Below are positions 57,961 to 64,000 of a DNA stretch of 64,000 nucleotides, in pieces (positions within the stretch are counted from its first letter, which is position 1; every line of letters starts with the position of its first letter). Origin of the DNA: Eledone cirrhosa (lineage: Eukaryota). Where the stretch lies: assembly GCA_964016885.1 (NCBI GenBank), contig OZ024742.1:336226001-336290000 (forward strand). The letters run 5' to 3'. Both the position numbers and the translations under genes were made by a program. The notes below the pieces were generated by a model that was not told the DNA's origin, did no database searches, and saw nothing but the letters and a program-made list of their open reading frames with translations.

Positions 57961-58406
57961 CTATATACGGAAACATTAATGCTTTGAGGTCGTTCTGAGA
58001 GATATAGGCCCTAGAGAGACGGATGTAGTTATATGAAGCTAAGAATGGCCATTCTTCCGACCTGTAACTCTAAATTACATTAAGAGCAAGGACAGAAATA
58101 ATTCCTTATAGAGAACTAATTAATTTATATGTCCAGTGGTGTGCTTTGTAATTTTCTCTGAATAGATATATACGCACACTCACACAAACACATACACAGA
58201 TGCCTACATACGTGTATATAAAATACGCGCTCGCACACAAATATGTATATGTGTATGTGTGTATTATCATTTTAATTTAGTTATGCATTGTCTTCATTTG
58301 ATGCAAACATATATTTCAATATATATATATCTGTGAGTCCCGGGTTCACGCAGCGGTAACCACAGTAAGTAAGGTACTCAATACATTAGTAGAGTCTATA
58401 CAATTC

Positions 58407-58540
58407 AACAAATTCAATATAGAAATGGCTTCTACAGGACTAGAACTGTTTAATTCGAAGGAAATCATCAGGTTTTCCTGGTGATTTTCTTCGAAAGAAA
58501 CAGTTCTAGTCCTGTAGATGCCATTTCTATATTCAATTTG

Positions 58541-58542
<2 letters not shown>
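58407..58542. repeat. 136-bp palindrome of two head-to-head HHR-like tail fragments
   Basis: Arms meet at ATCATCAGG-TTTT-CCTGGTGAT; each reads CTG(A/G)TGA-TTT(C/T)CTTCGAA..AAACAGTTCTAGTC outward. Confidence 0.8.
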
Positions 58543-58603
<61 letters not shown>

Positions 58604-58733
58604 CAAACATACATACATACATATATATAGAGAGAGAGGTAGAACACTGGAAGGTAATATCCGTAGTGGTAGAGCACTCAGTCCATGGGACGAGTTAGGT
58701 AGAAGTGGTAACAGAACAGTTAGCTCACCATAC

Positions 58734-58771
58734 CGAGAACAATTGTTTCACCTTAGCGGATCTTCAGCTCG
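58734..58771 (-). ncRNA. Minimal hammerhead ribozyme
   Basis: CGAG-CTGAAGA-TCCGCTAAGGT-GAAA-CAATTG-TT-CTCG; canonical core, palindromic stem III. Confidence 0.75.
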
Positions 58772-58814
58772 TAATAGACATGGTTATACGGAACAGCTGT
58801 TCCGTATAACCATG

Positions 58815-58880
<66 letters not shown>

Positions 58881-59229
58881 AAATGTATGTAGTGCGATTC
58901 ACTACCGATCACCACACGACTAGGTGGTAGGCCCTAGAAATAGGCATAATGAGGGAATGTACCATTTATCCACTCCTCATCATCATGGTCGCGGAGGTGG
59001 TGCTGAGAGGGGTAAGAAGCTGCTCAGAAAGCGTAATGATAAGAGAATACCGGGGAAACCTACCAATGTGCGCATGTATGCATGATATCAGTGGCGTTGT
59101 GGAAACGCGGGAAGGAACAAACATAATCCTACCTCGGCTGGATGAGTTCACACCAGGAAAGTCGATTGCGCCGAAGTCTGTCTTTAATACAAGGTCCGAT
59201 TAAAGATTAGAAGGGAAACAATTCTATCA

Positions 59230-60010
59230 ATTAGGCATCAATCAAATAAAATCTTGGGATAGTGAGGTAGAGTAAAGCTGAAAGAAAAGTCAATTGCTAT
59301 AGACAATGCTGTTTGGTAGGCAAGTTTATTGTTTAGTGCTACCAACATGGCTTGTTGTTTGGGTGCTTGTAGTTCCCTCAAGCCTACGAAATGTTCTTGA
59401 AGAAAGTAGAGAAAATGGAGTATTATGTTAGTAGTTTCTTACGTAAATGGCTTAGTATCCTGCCAAACTTTAGGAAATTTTGACTTTATAGCACTACTGT
59501 CAAACTCCAACTGCTTTTAACATTTCTGGTGGAATAGTTTAAAGTAGCAAAATTCCGCTTCCATCTGATGTTACAAGATTCAGAGGATTCCATTATTCGC
59601 ACAGTACAGCGAAGAAGAAAATGGAGAATGGGAAAAGCAGTGAGGGAAGCAGATATCCTGAACATGATGTGATAGGTGCGGTGCCTAACACACGAGCAGG
59701 GCTGGGACAAACTCAGAATGTGTAGATATCCCGCCAAAACCACGAAGGAAGGCGAGAAATTGTAATAGAAGAAATTCTCTACATGGAGGACGAAGAACGT
59801 GCGACGGAGTCACGAGTTAAGGAGCCAATATCCTTGGACAACATGGGAGATAATGGAACAAAGGAAGTTGTCATTGAACAGATTATGAAAAACAGAGTTG
59901 GTCAGGCTGCAATTTCTTCTGAGAGCAGCGTATGATGTGGTCCTATCCCCAACCAATACTAGTTGGTTGAGTGTCATCGGTGCAGAGGTTATGTATGCAT
60001 CATTGGAATA
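59230..60010 (+). mobile_element. Decayed HERO/R2-group non-LTR fragment
   Basis: RKWL, LYSTTVKLQL...VE.FKVAK.R..LML.DS.D..IR...RKW, LQFLLRAAYDVV.SP.N remnants. Confidence 0.65.
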
Positions 60011-61641
60011 TTTAATTAATTATGTGAATTAACTGTCAAGAAGTGGTTATATAATATGGAGATTTGAATGTAATAGTGTCTGTATGTAGTGGTTGCAATG
60101 AAATAGATGGTAGAGGAAAGATAATATATGAGCTTAATAAAGTTGTTATGTTATCTAATGATGGACACTGATTTTTAAATCATTTGAAAAATTACCCAGT
60201 GGTTTTGAGAAATTTAGTAATATGTAACTAATTTTCTCATTACTAAGCTGGTGTTTGGATTATAGATCAAACGTTCTTACATAGAAGTATTATGGAAGAT
60301 TTTAGATTACTATAAACACTTTTAAATATACAGTTTTGTGTTGAAGAAACGTGACAGTTTTAGGCAGTCTAGTATCAAAAGGATTAAAACGAATGTTAAT
60401 GTAATTGATTTTATATTTAAAACTACAGAGATTCTTTGTTGTTTTGAAAAATAATGAAATAGGATTGATGTTTCCAAAGTCTTTCAAGATGTTTCTAAGT
60501 ATTTTGTGCTACGCGGAATTTAAAATTACAATCTACCAACTTTCCTATAATGATTAATTTACCTTAAATTTAAAGTAAAAATAATTAAATCCATATTGAT
60601 AGTTTAGAATTTACGAACTTTCGTAAAGTAATTCATTGAAAATTTATAGTAAAATCATTAAAGATAAATAATTAAAACTAAATTAATAGTTAAGTATTTG
60701 GATTGATCTGTAAATAAATTAATGATTTAATTACGTGTGTGTGCACATCCGTCAAAAGCAGGCAATTATTGTGAAGAAAATGGTTATTATAGATGTTTGA
60801 AAATATATATAGATTAATTTGAAGTGTTAAAACATAGAATTATAGATTATGCAAAAATCAATATGTATTGATATAAAGAAACTAATATAGAAAAAGGAAA
60901 CATTTAAAATTAAGGAATTTACTTTAGGATAATTTATACTTAGAGAAAAGATCGGACAAAGGAAAAGATGTTTCCATTGGTCTTTTATTGCTGATATTAT
61001 CTGTCGGTGGCAACTCTTGGCAGGGGGAATTGGAACTCGGAACACAGAGAGCCGAATCAGGTATCACAAAGTATCCTGGCCGGCCCTTTAACAATTCCAC
61101 CAATCCACTAATATATTTCTTCGTTAGAAAACAAAGAAGAAAGTTTTAAGGAAATATTTAAAACTAAATTAATTATATATTTAATTATATATAAGGTGTT
61201 ACAAGGATACTTCTTTGGATTACAGGTATCAACTATTTTTTGCATTTCAATGTAGTGGAGCACTAACATAGTGTAATTAAAAATTAAGGCGTATATAGAT
61301 CTATATACAATTAGTTTATTTATAATAAACCAAGATTTAGTGTTGCTGTGAGTATTTTATGGTGGGACCATATCATAGCTACCTCGATATCGGTGTCGGA
61401 TCACTGTATTGTGAGATTTATTACTTGTCAGCAGAAGCTTACTTACGCCCAGATACCGACGTATGAAATACTATTAAATCTTATAGATTTTGAAAACAAA
61501 ATATTCATGTTGAAAGCTTATTTACACACATACACATAGACACACACACATAGACACACACACATATACATACATGCATCCATCCATCCATCAATCCATA
61601 CATGCACGCACGCACACACATACATACGTACATACATACAT

Positions 61642-62127
61642 GATGGCTTGGAACTCTGCTAAGAGTATTACAATCGCTTGTCAGATTATAGAGTTTGGTG
61701 CACTTTTAGGCTAACGGCCAGCCACACAAACCTGTATCATATCCTGAACAAGCAATACCTGTGCTTTGAAAGTTTTTTTAAGTTGGGAAAGGCCTTTCAC
61801 TCGACAAATCCCACTCTCTGAGCATCGAAAAGGAGAACTGGTCAACATCATCCGCGGATTTTTTTTTACAGACTTTCCCGTTCTTAGAAAGGTGTTGTAA
61901 CAACAACTGGGGGCCTTTCACTCCCAGGCCGAAAAAAAGGTACTATTTGGATGGCCATTGACTCTGCTGAGTTCCTCCGCCCTTTGTATTTCATCCCACA
62001 AGGTGTCCAAATATCACCCTCCACACCAAGCAAGCTTTATGGGGTTGCCGCTTTAATCGTCGACGACCCGACCATGAGACAGGTTGTACTGGTTACATGA
62101 TACCAGTAGCACTCGAGAGTGACCTGA
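61642..62127 (-). mobile_element. Non-coding retroposon in (CATA)n, subfamily B, longest copy
   Basis: Homologous to 30730-31152 and extends ~50 bp further; CATA repeats on both sides. Confidence 0.65.
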
Positions 62128-62165
62128 CATACATACATACATACATACATACATACATACATACA

Positions 62166-62196
<31 letters not shown>

Positions 62197-62458
62197 CCTA
62201 TTATGCAATAAGCTACATGTCAATCTATTGGTAAAATTTGACAATCTTCCTGTCAGATTACTGTGTAAATTTTTCGCTTCATTAAAAAGTTAAAAAATAC
62301 AGAACACAGTTCGATAATGATAAAATACCATTTTATATTTTCGTAATTAATTTTTTTTTTTATTATTTATCTTAATTTGTTATCTCAACCGATATTTGTA
62401 ATCAACATGAAAAGAATAAAAAGAATGTTAGAAATAAAATGAATAAAGATGAAAAATT

Positions 62459-62610
<152 letters not shown>

Positions 62611-63319
62611 AAAATGCTGGCTCATTTCTTCTTCAATTTTCTTATCTATTTTCAAATTAATTTACTAGCTTTCATATTTCCCAATTTATATATTTACTTC
62701 AAACGTGTGAAAAGCTTCTGTTCAAATGAAAATGTTTGTTGGTAATTTGTCGTCCCTGTCGTTATGGTTGTTGTTGTTGTTAGTGTTGTTGTTGTTGTTG
62801 TTGTTGTTGTTAGTGGTGGAGGTGATGTATTTGTTTGCTTTTCCTTCCCAAAATTTTCATTTGTTCTCAATGATTAAGATAGCGGTTATATGAAAAACAT
62901 ATAAATCTGTCATATTTTAATCATTGAACTTCATTTGCTGCCATTTCATTTACAAGGAAAAGTAAAGCAAACAAAAATCTCTGATGCCTTCTTTTCCTTT
63001 CTACTACTGTTGTTGTTGTTGTTGCTTTTGATATTTCTGTTCATCGTTAAGGTGTTGTTTGATGGAGACCGACTTCATAATTTCTAGTACGTCGAGTGAA
63101 CACGTGTAGGACTCATTGTTCGCTGTTCGTTATGCAATAGTATGTTTTGTTTGTTTTTGTTTCTGTTAATGCGGCTATTGTTTGTCTAGACACAAGGCTA
63201 GCCATGAATCAGCAGAGCTCTTAGCAGACGAGTTCAAGCCTTGAACTTTCTGTCTTTTACTTTCAGTCAAAGACGCGCTGTCTCTCTGACAAAACTGTAA
63301 AACACACATACACACGCAA

Positions 63320-63472
63320 TCTTCTTCTTCTTCTTCTTCTTCTTCTTCTTCTTCTTCTTCTTCTTCTTCTTCTTCTTCTTCTTCTTCTTCTTCTTCTTCT
63401 TCTTCTTCTTCTTCTTCTTCTTCTTCTTCTTCTTCTTCTTCTTCTTCTTCTTCTTCTTCTTCTTCTTCTTCT
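63320..63472. repeat. (TTC)n microsatellite
   Basis: Direct inspection. Confidence 0.95.
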
Positions 63473-64000
63473 AATATTATGGTGTGATTTAAAGATATAA
63501 ATTTATTCTTTCACTTGTTTCGGTCAATAGACTGCGGCCATGCTGGGACACCGCCTTGAATTAGACAATCATACCGACCCCAGTATTTTCTTTTCAAGAT
63601 ATTATTGAAACAATCAATATCACAACGTAAGTGCACCAATAATCACCACGACAAATGTAAATATATAAGCTTTCGAAAGCAGTCGACTATAAAGGTTCCT
63701 TTTTTTCATTAATTTTAAATGACGAATTCACATCTGCCGGGCAGCAGATCCTCTACAACAGTGAATAGTCGTTTTACTTTTGTTTATTAAATGTTCTGTC
63801 CCAACCAACTATATCAGATTATGAGTCAATATATCCAGGAATTTAAGAAGCATTATATAAAAACTGGACATATTGTTACCCATTTGAAAGTCGAGTTAAA
63901 ATATTTGAAGACACGTTATTTTAGTAATGGACATAACATTATCTAATGTTCTTTTGAAAATAGAGGGAAGTGATTTGAGCCCCAGGCTAAGCTAGCTCCG

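Overview
AT-rich, microsatellite-dense animal genomic DNA. The SINE complement suggests a cephalopod (Octopus-like); this is inference. No intact host protein-coding gene is evident; the window is almost entirely transposable elements. It holds: (i) a near-intact full-length Tx1-clade L1 element (~34.98-40.72 kb, minus) plus two fragmentary relatives; (ii) Penelope-like elements (PLEs): two copies of one Naiad-type family, a second Naiad-type fragment, a Neptune-type element with ~1.0-1.2 kb inverted arms, and many tiny PLE-tail remnants carrying minimal hammerhead ribozymes (HHRs); (iii) four R4/Dong-clade insertions and four non-coding retroposon copies sitting in (CATA)n/(TATG)n; (iv) Helitrons, a rearranged mariner, MITEs, RTE and HERO fragments and many tRNA-SINEs. 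Most notable: nearly every PLE insertion, from ~100 bp to 5.7 kb, is built as two outward-facing 3' tails ending in (TA)n; one Naiad family carries a fixed non-canonical HHR core (CAGAAGA) that is also carried inside a non-autonomous Helitron; retroelement families appear to partition microsatellite targets ((TA)n, (CATA)n, (GATA)n, (AAT)n); and the Neptune tail has a duplicated E2F/E-box/CCAAT promoter-like module. Family names come from motif recognition, not database searches, and boundaries of decayed repeats are approximate.
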